Shown: in pieces, positions 19,829 to 29,400 of the stretch | Numbering within the stretch: position 1 is the stretch's first letter | Layout: each line of letters opens with the position of its first letter | Assembly (NCBI GenBank): GCA_033549025.1 | Contig: JAWSUS010000002.1 | Span: forward strand, 1-64,000 | Direction of reading: 5' to 3' | Origin: Desulfuromonadales bacterium | GTDB lineage: Bacteria; Desulfobacterota; Desulfuromonadia; Desulfuromonadales; SZUA-540 | DNA length: 64,000 nucleotides | The notes under the pieces: model-generated | Database searches by the model: none | What the model was told of the DNA's origin: nothing | Seen by the model: the letters and a program-made list of their open reading frames with translations, nothing else | Position numbers and translations under genes: made by a program

Positions 19829-20611
19829 ATGCCAATGACACAAACCGATCCTGACGAAAACCAGACTGGCAACGACCTTGCCGGGAAGATACAGCAGCTT
19901 CTGCTGCCAAAGGCGCCTCCTCACTGCAACTGGTGTTGCATTGGCGTGAAAAACCTAATGGCCGTGGGCGTTGGCGGCGATTTCTTTGAATTCGCTCCCA
20001 CCCATGACGGCTGCCAAGTGGTAATGGTCGGTGACGTAACTGGCCATGATGTCGCCGCGGCTGTAGTAATGTCCCTGATTTACGGCTACATTCACCGCAG
20101 TATCGAGCAAGAATGTTCGCCCTTGGAGGTCGTCCAGCAGGTCAATCGCTTCCTCAACAAATTTGGCGCCCGTTCGGAAAAATACGACCATCTTTTTTCT
20201 TCGACGCTGTTTTTCGGTGTCATCGCACCGGAAACAATGGAGATGCTTTACGTCAACGCCGCCCATCCCTCGCCCCTGGTTCGGCGCGGCGATAGATTGT
20301 TCGAGCTTGAAGCCAGTGCGCCGCTGATCGGATTTTTCCCGGTGGAGGACGATGCCGTGCGATCTTTTCAGTTCGAAAAAAATGACCGTCTGTTTCTCTA
20401 CACCGACGGCATCAGCGAAACAACCAACCGGCAGGGGGAGATGTTTGGTACACAGCGTCTGAAAGCCCAACTGCAAGCCCATCAGGGCGACCAGGATGAG
20501 TTCCTGGACAACCTCTTTGTCTCGCTTAATCAATTCAACGGCTCCGCCCCTCCCCGTGATGACTGCACTGCCATTGTCATAGATTTTCATCGACCCCAAC
20601 CGACGGCCTGA
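19829..20611 (+). CDS. Stand-alone PP2C/SpoIIE (RsbU-like) phosphatase
   Basis: IQQLLLP, VGGDFFE, VGDVTGH, YVNAAHP, LYTDGISE, DDCTAI; start 19829 or 19835. Confidence 0.9.
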   Translation: MPMTQTDPDENQTGNDLAGKIQQLLLPKAPPHCNWCCIGVKNLMAVGVGGDFFEFAPTHDGCQVVMVGDVTGHDVAAAVVMSLIYGYIHRSIEQECSPLEVVQQVNRFLNKFGARSEKYDHLFSSTLFFGVIAPETMEMLYVNAAHPSPLVRRGDRLFELEASAPLIGFFPVEDDAVRSFQFEKNDRLFLYTDGISETTNRQGEMFGTQRLKAQLQAHQGDQDEFLDNLFVSLNQFNGSAPPRDDCTAIVIDFHRPQPTA

Positions 20612-20648
20612 AGCAGGTGCCCCTTACTTTTCGACTTCATCAGCGCCA

Positions 20649-20708
20649 TTGACAGCCGCGAAATTCGCGATACATTTAAAAACAAACCGACCGGTATGTT
20701 TTTAAATG
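20649..20708 (+). promoter_or_regulatory. Sigma70 promoter overlapped by a 36-bp palindromic TetR operator
   Basis: TTGACA at 20649-20654; CATTTAAAAACAAACCG-ac-CGGTATGTTTTTAAATG (17-bp arms, one mismatch) at 20673-20708. Confidence 0.75.
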
Positions 20709-20717
20709 GAGACGCTT

Positions 20718-21371
20718 ATGGGGTCAAAAGGGGAAAAAACCAGGCAGAGAATCCTGAACGATACCGCTGAACTCTTTAGGACTAAGGGCTTCGGTGCCAC
20801 CAGCATTAAGGATCTACTGGAAGCAACGGGCGTCACCAAAGGAAGCCTGTACTTTCATTTCCCGGGCAAGGACGAACTGGCGCTTGAATACCTGCGGCAG
20901 GAAGGTGAACGGTTCATGGCTTTTATCGAGGCAGGTCTCGAAGGAAAGACAGCCGTCGAAAAAATCGACCGTTTTCTGCACAAGGCCCTGGCCTATCATC
21001 GCGGCACCGGCTTCGTCGGCGGTTGCCTGTTCGGCAACACCGCCCTGGAAACCAGCGATACCTCGCCGGCTTTTGCCGCACTGACCGCAGACATTTTTAC
21101 GCAATGGAAAAAAAAACTGGCCGTCGTTATTGCCCAAGCACAGGCCGATGGCAGTATGCAGCCAGCGCACAAGGCTGAAGATGTCGCTGAGTTTATCATT
21201 GCCGTCCTTGAAGGGGGCATCATGCAGTCGCGCCTGCACAAAACAGAAAGGCCCATGAAAAACTGCATCAGGACCTTGCGTCTGATGCTTTATCCCAATC
21301 CCCCGAGTCGGGAAGCCAACTCTACTCACCAATCACAAGGAGAAAAACATGAGCCGCCTCAAGACTCTTGA
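20718..21371 (+). CDS. TetR/AcrR-family regulator (NemR/LmrA-like)
   Basis: KGFGATSIKDLLEATGVTKGSLYFHFPGK HTH; GCLFGN motif; ATG 20718 after GGAG (alternative 20706). Confidence 0.92.
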   Translation: MGSKGEKTRQRILNDTAELFRTKGFGATSIKDLLEATGVTKGSLYFHFPGKDELALEYLRQEGERFMAFIEAGLEGKTAVEKIDRFLHKALAYHRGTGFVGGCLFGNTALETSDTSPAFAALTADIFTQWKKKLAVVIAQAQADGSMQPAHKAEDVAEFIIAVLEGGIMQSRLHKTERPMKNCIRTLRLMLYPNPPSREANSTHQSQGEKHEPPQDS

Positions 21372-21879
21372 CCCGCAGTCGCCGCAAGCATCCACCGTTG
21401 AAATTTTTGCTGAAATCACAAACGCCTTTGGCATGGTACCCAACCTTTTTCGTGCCTACGCCAATCACCCCCCGCTGCTGGAGGCCAACTGGTTCAAGGT
21501 TAAAAAAGTGATGATGGAGGGGATTCTTCCCCGCAAGGTCAAGGAAACAATCGCCGTCGTGGTTTCCCGGGACAACAGTTGCAACTACTGCGTCGCCGCC
21601 CACGAAGGGGCATTGCGTTCCATCGGTGTCTCGAGCGAGGAGATCCGGGCCATCGAAACCGATCTGGGACAGGCCGACTTCAGCCCCAAGGAGCAGGCTC
21701 TTATTAAATTTGCCCGACAGGCCAACAGCGACCCTTTGCGTATCAAGGGTGCCGAAATCGAGGCCCTGCGCGACCTGGGCGCTGACGATGCCGAGCTTGT
21801 TGAAGCCTTGGGTGTCATGGAACTTTTTGTAGGGTTCAACAAGTTTCTTGAGGCCCTGCAGATCGAAATCGACTTTTAG
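21349..21879 (+). CDS. AhpD-like peroxidase-related protein (CMD family)
   Basis: GMVPNLFR, KETIAVVVSRDNSCNYCVAAH motif. Confidence 0.88.
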   Translation: MSRLKTLDPQSPQASTVEIFAEITNAFGMVPNLFRAYANHPPLLEANWFKVKKVMMEGILPRKVKETIAVVVSRDNSCNYCVAAHEGALRSIGVSSEEIRAIETDLGQADFSPKEQALIKFARQANSDPLRIKGAEIEALRDLGADDAELVEALGVMELFVGFNKFLEALQIEIDF

Positions 21880-21957
21880 AGGCATCATAAATAGTACGCG
21901 GATGCAGAGAAATGAATCGCCACCTAAAACCACTTAAATCAGTCAAGGGATGCCGCA

Positions 21958-22290
21958 ATGGATACTTATTACAACCCCAATGACCTGAATCTCTTCACGA
22001 ACATCGGCCAGGATGCCCCAGACCTGGCTCGCAAATTTTTTGACTACTACGGTGCCGTCTTTGCCGAAGGGGCCTTGAGTGAACGCGAAAAAGCCCTGAT
22101 CGCCCTGGCGGTAGCACACACGGTACAGTGTCCCTATTGCATCGATGCTTATACGAAGGCCTGCCTTGAAAAAGGCTCCGACTTGGAAGAGATGACCGAA
22201 GCTCTGCATGTGGCCGGGGCCATTCGCGGCGGGGCCTCCCTGGTGCACGGCGTACAGATGCGCAAAATTGCCGAAAAGTTGACCTTGTAA
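21958..22290 (+). CDS. Small CMD/AhpD-family protein of the type found beside ArsS-like radical SAM genes
   Basis: GALSEREKALIALAVAHTVQCPYCIDAY, IRGGASLVHGVQM. Confidence 0.85.
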   Translation: MDTYYNPNDLNLFTNIGQDAPDLARKFFDYYGAVFAEGALSEREKALIALAVAHTVQCPYCIDAYTKACLEKGSDLEEMTEALHVAGAIRGGASLVHGVQMRKIAEKLTL

Positions 22291-22302
22291 AAGGATGAGA
22301 CT

Positions 22303-23301
22303 ATGGGCTGTCCACAAAAACCGGCGCCGCAGCGACAAGCTGCCGGCCTTGAAAGTTTCTCCAGCACGTTGAGGCGACACGGACTAAGTCTGAGCCGCTC
22401 GACTTGCCGCATTTTTCAGATCAACGTCGGTCTGCTCTGTGACCTGTACTGCCGACATTGCCATTTGATGGCCGGCCCCGATCGTCATGAGGTCATGAGC
22501 GCGGAAACCATGCAAGAGGTGGTGGATTTCGCCCGACGCGGCGGTTTTGAGATGATCGACATCACGGGCGGCGCTCCCGAACTGGTGCCCGGCATCGAAG
22601 GGTTCGTTGCCGCTCTGGCCGAAGTAACACCACAGCTTATGTTGCGCTCCAACCTTACCGCTCTTAACTCGCCGGAAAGAGATGACCTGCTGAGCACCTG
22701 TGTCAGACATAAGGTCGCCCTGGTGGTTTCTTTTCCCGCCTTGCGCGAAGCCCAGGTGGCAGCGCAAAGGGGCGCAGGAGTCTGGGGAAAAAGTCTGGCG
22801 ATGCTGCACCGTCTCAACGAATTGGGTTACGGTTGCGAAGGTTCCGGGCTGGAGATTCACCTGGCAGTCAACCCGGGAGGAGCTTTTCTGCCAGCCAATC
22901 AGGCGGCCACGGAAAAACGCTATCGACGGGAACTGCAGGCGCGTTGGGGAATCGTTTTCAACAACCTCTTTACCCTGACCAACATCCCCTTGGGACGCTT
23001 CCGGCGCTGGCTGGAACGTTCTGGAAACTACGAAGACTATATGGAAAAACTGGCGGCTGCCTTTAATCCGGCCGTGATTGCGGGTCTGATGTGCCGCGAG
23101 CAGATCAGCGTATCCTGGGCCGGCTATGTGTTCGACTGCGATTTCCACCTGGCGGCCGGCATCTGCCAGGGCGAAAAATCGACTCATGTACGTGACCTGG
23201 CGACGGCGCCCCCCAAAGGCACCCCGATCGGCACCGCCGAGCACTGTTATGCCTGCACCGCTGGCGCCGGCTTTACCTGAGGGGGCGAAATCGCGACCTA
23301 G
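22303..23301 (+). CDS. ArsS-like radical SAM / Cys-rich (DUF3641-type) selenoprotein, Sec near the C-terminus
   Basis: CxxxCxxC (CDLYCRHC), DITGGAPE, DCDFH, HCYACTAGAGFT-U-GGEIAT-TAG; TGA at 23278-23280 sits where homologues have Cys (GxxCGG). Confidence 0.85.
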
Positions 23302-23310
23302 TTAGGTCGC
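23293..23310 (+). promoter_or_regulatory. Putative SECIS element (radical SAM gene)
   Basis: GCGACCT-agtt-AGGTCGC perfect stem 12 nt after the UGA, no U-tract. Confidence 0.65.
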
Positions 23311-23353
23311 ATGTGCTTTCAACGAGGTGGCCATTTCAGGAAGGGATTTCCCC

Positions 23354-25504
23354 ATGAAAGGCAACAGCAAAAAAATCCTCATCGTCCTGACCATTGCCAT
23401 ATTGGTCACGTTGTTCTTTGCTTTCGATCTGCAACGCTATCTGACCCTCGCTGAACTTAAAGCCCGGCAGGAAGCCTTCCAGCAATTTTACGCCAACAAC
23501 AAAACGCTGACCCTCGGGTTGTATTTTGTTTTCTACATCATCGTCATCGCCTTGTCCCTGCCCGGCGCGGCCGTCATGACTCTGGCCGCAGGCGCCCTGT
23601 TCAGCTTCCTTCCAGCCGTCATCGTGGTCTCCTTCGCCAGCACCATCGGCTCGACCCTGGCGTTTCTTGTCAGCCGCTTTTTGTTGCGCGACTGGGTCCA
23701 ATCCAGATTCCGCGAGCGCCTCAAAACGATTAACGCCGGCATTGAGCGAGACGGGCATTTTTACCTCTTTACCCTGCGACTGGTGCCGATTTTTCCTTTG
23801 TTCATAATCAACCTGGTCATGGGCCTCACCCCCATGAGTACCCTGACCTTTTACTGGGTCAGCCAGCTCGGCATGCTGGCCGGCACCGCCGTCTATGTGA
23901 ATGCCGGTGCCCAGCTCGGCCAGATAGAAAGTTTGGGCGGCATACTTTCCCCGGAACTGATCTTTTCCTTTGCCTTGCTGGGAATTTTTCCCTTGTTGGC
24001 CCGTAAAGGCGTCGACATCATGCAAAAACGTCGCAGTCTCAAAGACTTCCCCAAACCTGAATCCTTTGATTACAACGTCGTCGTTCTTGGAGCCGGCTCT
24101 GCCGGCCTGGTCAGCGCCTATATCGCGGCGGCGGTCAAGGCCAAGGTGGCCCTGATCGAAAAAGACAAGATGGGCGGGGATTGCCTCAACACCGGCTGTG
24201 TTCCGAGCAAGGCGCTGATCCGTTCAGCAAAAATGCTTGCCTACGCTCGCCGCGCCACAGAATTCGGTCTGCAGCAATCAATGACTGACTTTGATTTCGC
24301 CGAGGTCATGGCGCGGGTACACCGCGTGGTGAAAAAAGTCGAACCGCACGATTCGGTGGAACGCTACACGGCGCTTGGCGTGGAATGCATCAAGGGCGAG
24401 GCACGCATCACCTCACCCTACACCGTGCAGGTCGGCGAGCGAATCCTGTCCACACGCAACATCATTGTCGCTACCGGTGCCGAGCCCTTCATACCTCCCA
24501 TTCCTGGACTCGACCAGGTGGATTATCTGACCTCGGATAATCTCTGGCAATTGCGCGAATTACCTCGGCGGCTGGTGGTACTGGGCGGCGGCCCTATCGG
24601 CTGCGAAATGGCCCAGGCTTTTGCACGCTTTGGTGCCCAGGTGACCCAGGTAGAGATGGCGCCACAGCTCATGGGGCGCGAGGACTCTGATGTCGCGGCT
24701 TTTGTACGCGAGCGCTTCGAGGCCGAAGGGGTGCGGGTACTGACCGAACACGCCGCCAAGGAAGTTCAGGTCAAAGACCAGGAGAAGATCCTGGTGTGTG
24801 AGCATCAGGGGCAAAAAGTCGAGGTGCCTTTCGACGCTATCCTGGTTGCCGTGGGTCGGCGCGCTCGCACAACGGGGTTCGGCCTGGAGGAACTGGGGGT
24901 TCACCTCAGTCAGCGCGGCACCATCGAGGTCGATCCCTTCCTGCGCACCAACTTTCCCAACATCTTCTGCGCGGGCGATGTAGCCGGCCCCTACCAGTTT
25001 ACCCACACCGCCGCCCATCAGGCCTGGTATGCGGCGGTCAACGCCCTGTTCGGCGACTTCAAGAAGTTCCGTGCCGATTACCGCGTCATCCCCTGGTGTA
25101 CGTTTACCGACCCCGAAGTAGCGCGCGTCGGTCTCAACGAAGCTGAAGCCCGCGAGCAGAACATGGATCATGAAGTCACGCGATTTGAGCTGGCCGAATT
25201 GGATCGCGCCATCGCCGAGGGCGAGGAGCATGGCTGGATCAAGGTCATCACGCCGCCCGGACAGGATAAGATTCTCGGCGTAACCATCGTCGGCACTCAT
25301 GCCGGCGATCTGATCGCCGAATACATCCTGGCCATGAAGCACGGTCTCGGCCTCAACAAAATTCTCGGCACCATCCACCCCTATCCAACCCTGGCCGAAG
25401 CCAACAAAATGGCCGCTGGTGAGTGGAAAAAGGCCCATGTCCCGGAAAAACTGTTGGCATGGGTTGAAAAATACCACGCCTGGCGGCGGGGCCAGAAAGG
25501 GTAA
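23354..25504 (+). CDS. DedA/TVP38 membrane domain fused to a pyridine nucleotide-disulfide oxidoreductase
   Basis: N-terminal LSLPGA...LRLVPIFP; GAGSAG, GGDCLNTGCVPSK, GGGPIGCE, HPYPT; ATG 23354. Confidence 0.9.
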   Translation: MKGNSKKILIVLTIAILVTLFFAFDLQRYLTLAELKARQEAFQQFYANNKTLTLGLYFVFYIIVIALSLPGAAVMTLAAGALFSFLPAVIVVSFASTIGSTLAFLVSRFLLRDWVQSRFRERLKTINAGIERDGHFYLFTLRLVPIFPLFIINLVMGLTPMSTLTFYWVSQLGMLAGTAVYVNAGAQLGQIESLGGILSPELIFSFALLGIFPLLARKGVDIMQKRRSLKDFPKPESFDYNVVVLGAGSAGLVSAYIAAAVKAKVALIEKDKMGGDCLNTGCVPSKALIRSAKMLAYARRATEFGLQQSMTDFDFAEVMARVHRVVKKVEPHDSVERYTALGVECIKGEARITSPYTVQVGERILSTRNIIVATGAEPFIPPIPGLDQVDYLTSDNLWQLRELPRRLVVLGGGPIGCEMAQAFARFGAQVTQVEMAPQLMGREDSDVAAFVRERFEAEGVRVLTEHAAKEVQVKDQEKILVCEHQGQKVEVPFDAILVAVGRRARTTGFGLEELGVHLSQRGTIEVDPFLRTNFPNIFCAGDVAGPYQFTHTAAHQAWYAAVNALFGDFKKFRADYRVIPWCTFTDPEVARVGLNEAEAREQNMDHEVTRFELAELDRAIAEGEEHGWIKVITPPGQDKILGVTIVGTHAGDLIAEYILAMKHGLGLNKILGTIHPYPTLAEANKMAAGEWKKAHVPEKLLAWVEKYHAWRRGQKG

Positions 25505-25509
25505 CCGTC

Positions 25510-26343
25510 ATGAAACTAACGTCCTATGTACTACTGATAGCCCTTTTACTGATAACCACTCTTCCAGGCAAGGTAGCGGCCGCGCCCAAGGCTGAGCTCT
25601 GGGCGCGCTGGCAGGCACACGATTCGGCAAGCAAGAAGGTTGTGGACCACAGCGCCTGGGATCAATTTCTGTCGTATTATCTGGTAACCAATCATCCTTC
25701 GGGAATCAATCGAGTCCGGTACGGAGCAGTTAGTCCCGAGGATCGCCGGAATCTCCACGCCTACCTCGACCGTCTTCAGCAGACACGGGTCTCTGAACTG
25801 AATCGACCCGAGCAGATGGCCTACTGGATCAATCTGTACAATGCTCTGACTGTTCGGGTCGTACTGGAGCATTATCCTGTCAGCAGTATTCGGCACATCC
25901 ACATTTCACCGGGTTGGCTCAGCCGCGGCCCCTGGGGTGCTAAGCTGCTACGTATTGAAGATGAAGAATTGTCCCTCGACGATATCGAACACCGCATTTT
26001 ACGCCCTATCTGGCAGGACGCACGCATTCATTACGCCCTCAACTGCGCCAGCATCGGGTGCCCCGATTTACAGCCGCAAGCCTTTACCGCCGCCAATACG
26101 GATGCCTTACTCAACCAAGCAGCACATAATTACGTCAACCATCCGCGCGGTGTCACCGTTGGAGACCATCGACTGCATCTGTCTTCCATCTACGACTGGT
26201 TTCTGGCGGATTTTGGCGGCAACCGCGACGGCATCATGCACCATCTAAAAACATATGCCGAACCGACCTTGGTCCAGCAGTTGGAAATGTTCAGCGGGCG
26301 GTTTGTCTATGATTATGACTGGAGACTCAACGAAGCGCCTTGA
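25510..26343 (+). CDS. DUF547-domain exported protein
   Basis: Signal peptide; AYWINLYNA, LDDIEHRILR, RIHYALNCASIGCP, YDWRLN. Confidence 0.88.
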   Translation: MKLTSYVLLIALLLITTLPGKVAAAPKAELWARWQAHDSASKKVVDHSAWDQFLSYYLVTNHPSGINRVRYGAVSPEDRRNLHAYLDRLQQTRVSELNRPEQMAYWINLYNALTVRVVLEHYPVSSIRHIHISPGWLSRGPWGAKLLRIEDEELSLDDIEHRILRPIWQDARIHYALNCASIGCPDLQPQAFTAANTDALLNQAAHNYVNHPRGVTVGDHRLHLSSIYDWFLADFGGNRDGIMHHLKTYAEPTLVQQLEMFSGRFVYDYDWRLNEAP

Positions 26344-26376
26344 GCGCGGTACCTAGAAAAAGAAGTTTTGAGATAA

Positions 26377-26412
26377 GAAAGGCCCGCAACACATGCTGCG
26401 GGCCTTTGCTTT
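26377..26412. terminator. Bidirectional terminator
   Basis: AAAGGCCCGCA...TGCGGGCCTTT between convergent genes. Confidence 0.75.
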
Positions 26413-26451
26413 GGCCGTTTACGGCCGCTATTGGGAGGAAAGTCAGGCGGC

Positions 26452-29400
26452 CTAGTTCTCCTCGTCCGACTGCCGCCGACTGACCAGCAGATAGAGGCAG
26501 GGCAGCACGAAAAGGGTCAGCAGGGTTGAGGTGAGCACACCGCCGATGACCACGGTGGCCAGGGGTCGCTGCACTTCGGCGCCAACGCCGATGGAGAGGG
26601 CCATGGGCAGAAAACCGACAGCATCGGTAACGGCGGTGGCCAGTACCGGAACCAGGCGCTGCCTGGCCGCCCCGGTGACCGCTTCGAACAGCGGCAGTCC
26701 GTCGGCCAGAAGGTTCCGGATAGCCGACACCAGCACCTGGCCGTTGAGCACGGCGATACCCGACAGAGCGATAAAGCCGATGGCGGCGCTGACGCTGAAG
26801 GGGATGCCGCGCATATAGAGAGCGAAGATCCCCCCTACCGCCGCCAACGGGATGCCGGTGTAGATAATGAGCACATCGCGCAGGCGCTTCAGGCTGAAAT
26901 AGAGGAGCACGAAGATCAGCAGCAGGGTCAGGGGCACTACCAGCATCAGGCGTTTCTGGGAGCGCTCCAGGTTTTCGAACTGGCCGCCCCATTCGATCAT
27001 GGTGCCTTCCGGAAGCAAAACGCCCTCGGCGATTTTGGCCTTGGCCTCATCGACGAAGGAAGCGATATCACGGTCCCGCACATTGACCTGCACCTTGATC
27101 AGCCGGCGTCCCCACTCGCGGTTGATGGTCGAGGGCCGCTCGACCTCCCGCACTTCGGCCAGGGCGCCGAGGGGGAGGACCGCGCCGGTGCGGGTGGGGA
27201 TCAGGGTGTTCTCCAGCGCCTTCACATCATGGCGCTGCGCATCGGGCAAACGCAGCACCAGCGGGAAGGAGCGCTCCCCTTCGAAAACTTCGCCCACCCG
27301 GGGGGTACCGACGGCGGCGATGATGTCGAGGACATCGCGGGCAGCCACCCCGTAACGGGACAAGGCCTGCCGGTCGACGGCAATCTGCAGGGTCGGCTGG
27401 CCGGTGATCTGCTCAACGGCCACGTCGGCAGCGCCCGGGATATCGTGCAGCAGATGTTCGACCTGCTCGCCCAGGGATACCAGGGTGTCGAAATTTTCCC
27501 CGTAGATCTTGATCCCCACATCGCCGCGGATGCCCGAAAGCATCTCGTTGACCCGCAGTTCAATGGGCTGGGTCAGCACCGAGCGGATGCCCGGCAGTCC
27601 ATGCAGAGCCTCTTCCACCCGGGCGGCCAGGTCGCCCTGGCTGTCGGCCCGGGTCCATTGCCGGCGCGGATGCAGGGTCATGAAAATGTCCGTGAGTTCC
27701 GTCCCCATGGGGTCGGTGGCGACTTCGGCGCTGCCCAGACGGCTCCAGATGTGGCGTATTTCATTGGGGAAAGCCTTGAGCAGCAGCTTCTCCATCTCGG
27801 TATTGTAGGCAATGGACTCGTCCACGGATACACCCGCCAACCGCACCACGCTGACCACCAGCGAGCCTTCGGACAGGCGAGGCAGAAATTCGCCGCCCAG
27901 ACGGGTGGCCAGCAGGATGGAAGCGACCAGCACGACCGTGACCGCAACCAAAAAAGCCCGGCGCCAGCGCAACACCATCTCCAGCAAGGCGCCATAGCGG
28001 CTTTTGAGCCAGCCATCAACCTTGCGCTCCTCGACCCGCAGCTGCTTGGGCATGAACTGGAAAGAGAGAACGGGGGACAGGAAGATGGCCACCACCAGGG
28101 CGCCGAGCAGGGCGAAGATAAAGGTCCAGGCCATGGGCTTGAACATCTTCCCTTCGATCCCCTCCAGGGTCAGCACGGGCAGAAAAACCAGCACGATAAT
28201 GCCCAGGCCGAAGACGATGGGGCGCACGACTTCCTGGCTGGAAGCCAGAATGGCATCGAAGCGCTCCGCCGGGGTGAGTTGCCGCCCCAGCTGCATCTGG
28301 CGTTCAGTGAGGCGTCGCAGGTTGGCTTCGGTCATGACGACGGAGCCATCCACTAGAATGCCGAAATCGATGGCGCCCAGGGACAGCAGGCTGGCGGCAA
28401 TCCCCATCTCCTGCATACCGAAGGCGGCAAAGAGCATGGCCATGGGTATGGTGGCCGCCACCAGCAGTCCGGCCCGCAGATTGCCGAGCAGCAGGAAGAG
28501 CACGGCGATGACCAGCAGAGCGCCGGCCGCCAGGTTGTGCTTGACCGTGTCGATGACCTGGTCGACGAGCTCGGTGCGGTCGTAGACCGTTTCGAGCAAG
28601 ACGTCGTCGGGCAGGGCCTTCTTCACCCGTTCCAAGGCCAGCTTCAGGTCGCTGGTCACCTCGCGGCTGTTCTCGCCCATGAGCATGAACCCGAGGCCGA
28701 GGACCACCTCGCCCTTGCCCGCGGCCGAAACGGCGCCGCGACGCAGCTCATGGCCGATAGCCACCTCGGCCACATCGCCGACCTTGACGGCGGCGCCCTG
28801 ATAGGCGGTGATGACGATACCGGCGATCTCTTCAACACTCGCGACCCGGCCCAGGCCATGCACCAGCAGGGTCTGGCCGCCGGTGACCACCTGGCCGCCC
28901 CCCACGTTGGCGTTGTTTTCGCGTAGGGCGGTGGCGACATCGCCGTAGGTCAGGTTGTATTTGATAAGGGCGTCGGGAGAAACGATAACGTGGTACTGTT
29001 TCTCCAGGCCCCCCCAGGAGTTGACTTCCGCCACCCCCGGCACCTTGCGCAGCTCCGGCTTGACGACCCAGTCGTGCAGTGTGCGCAGCTCGTCGAGAGT
29101 CCGCTCCGGATGGTCAGAGCGCAGCACATAGTGAAAGACCTCCCCCAACCCGGTGGAAATGGGCCCCAGCTCGGGACGTTCGATCCCTTCCGGCAGCGAG
29201 ACGCTGGCCAGCCGCTCCATGATGAGCTGGCGGGAATCGAGAATCGGCATCTCGTCTTCAAAGATGGCCACGACCTGCGAGAGGCCGAACTTGGAAATGG
29301 ATCGGACATGCACCAGCCCCGGCAGGCCGGAGACGGCCAGCTCCACGGGCTGGGAAATCTGCATTTCAATTTCTTCCGGCCCCAGGGCCGGGGCGGTGGT

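Noticed and set aside
23354..25504. Mercuric reductase merA
   Set aside because: No NmerA domain, no C-terminal Cys-Cys, no mer genes nearby
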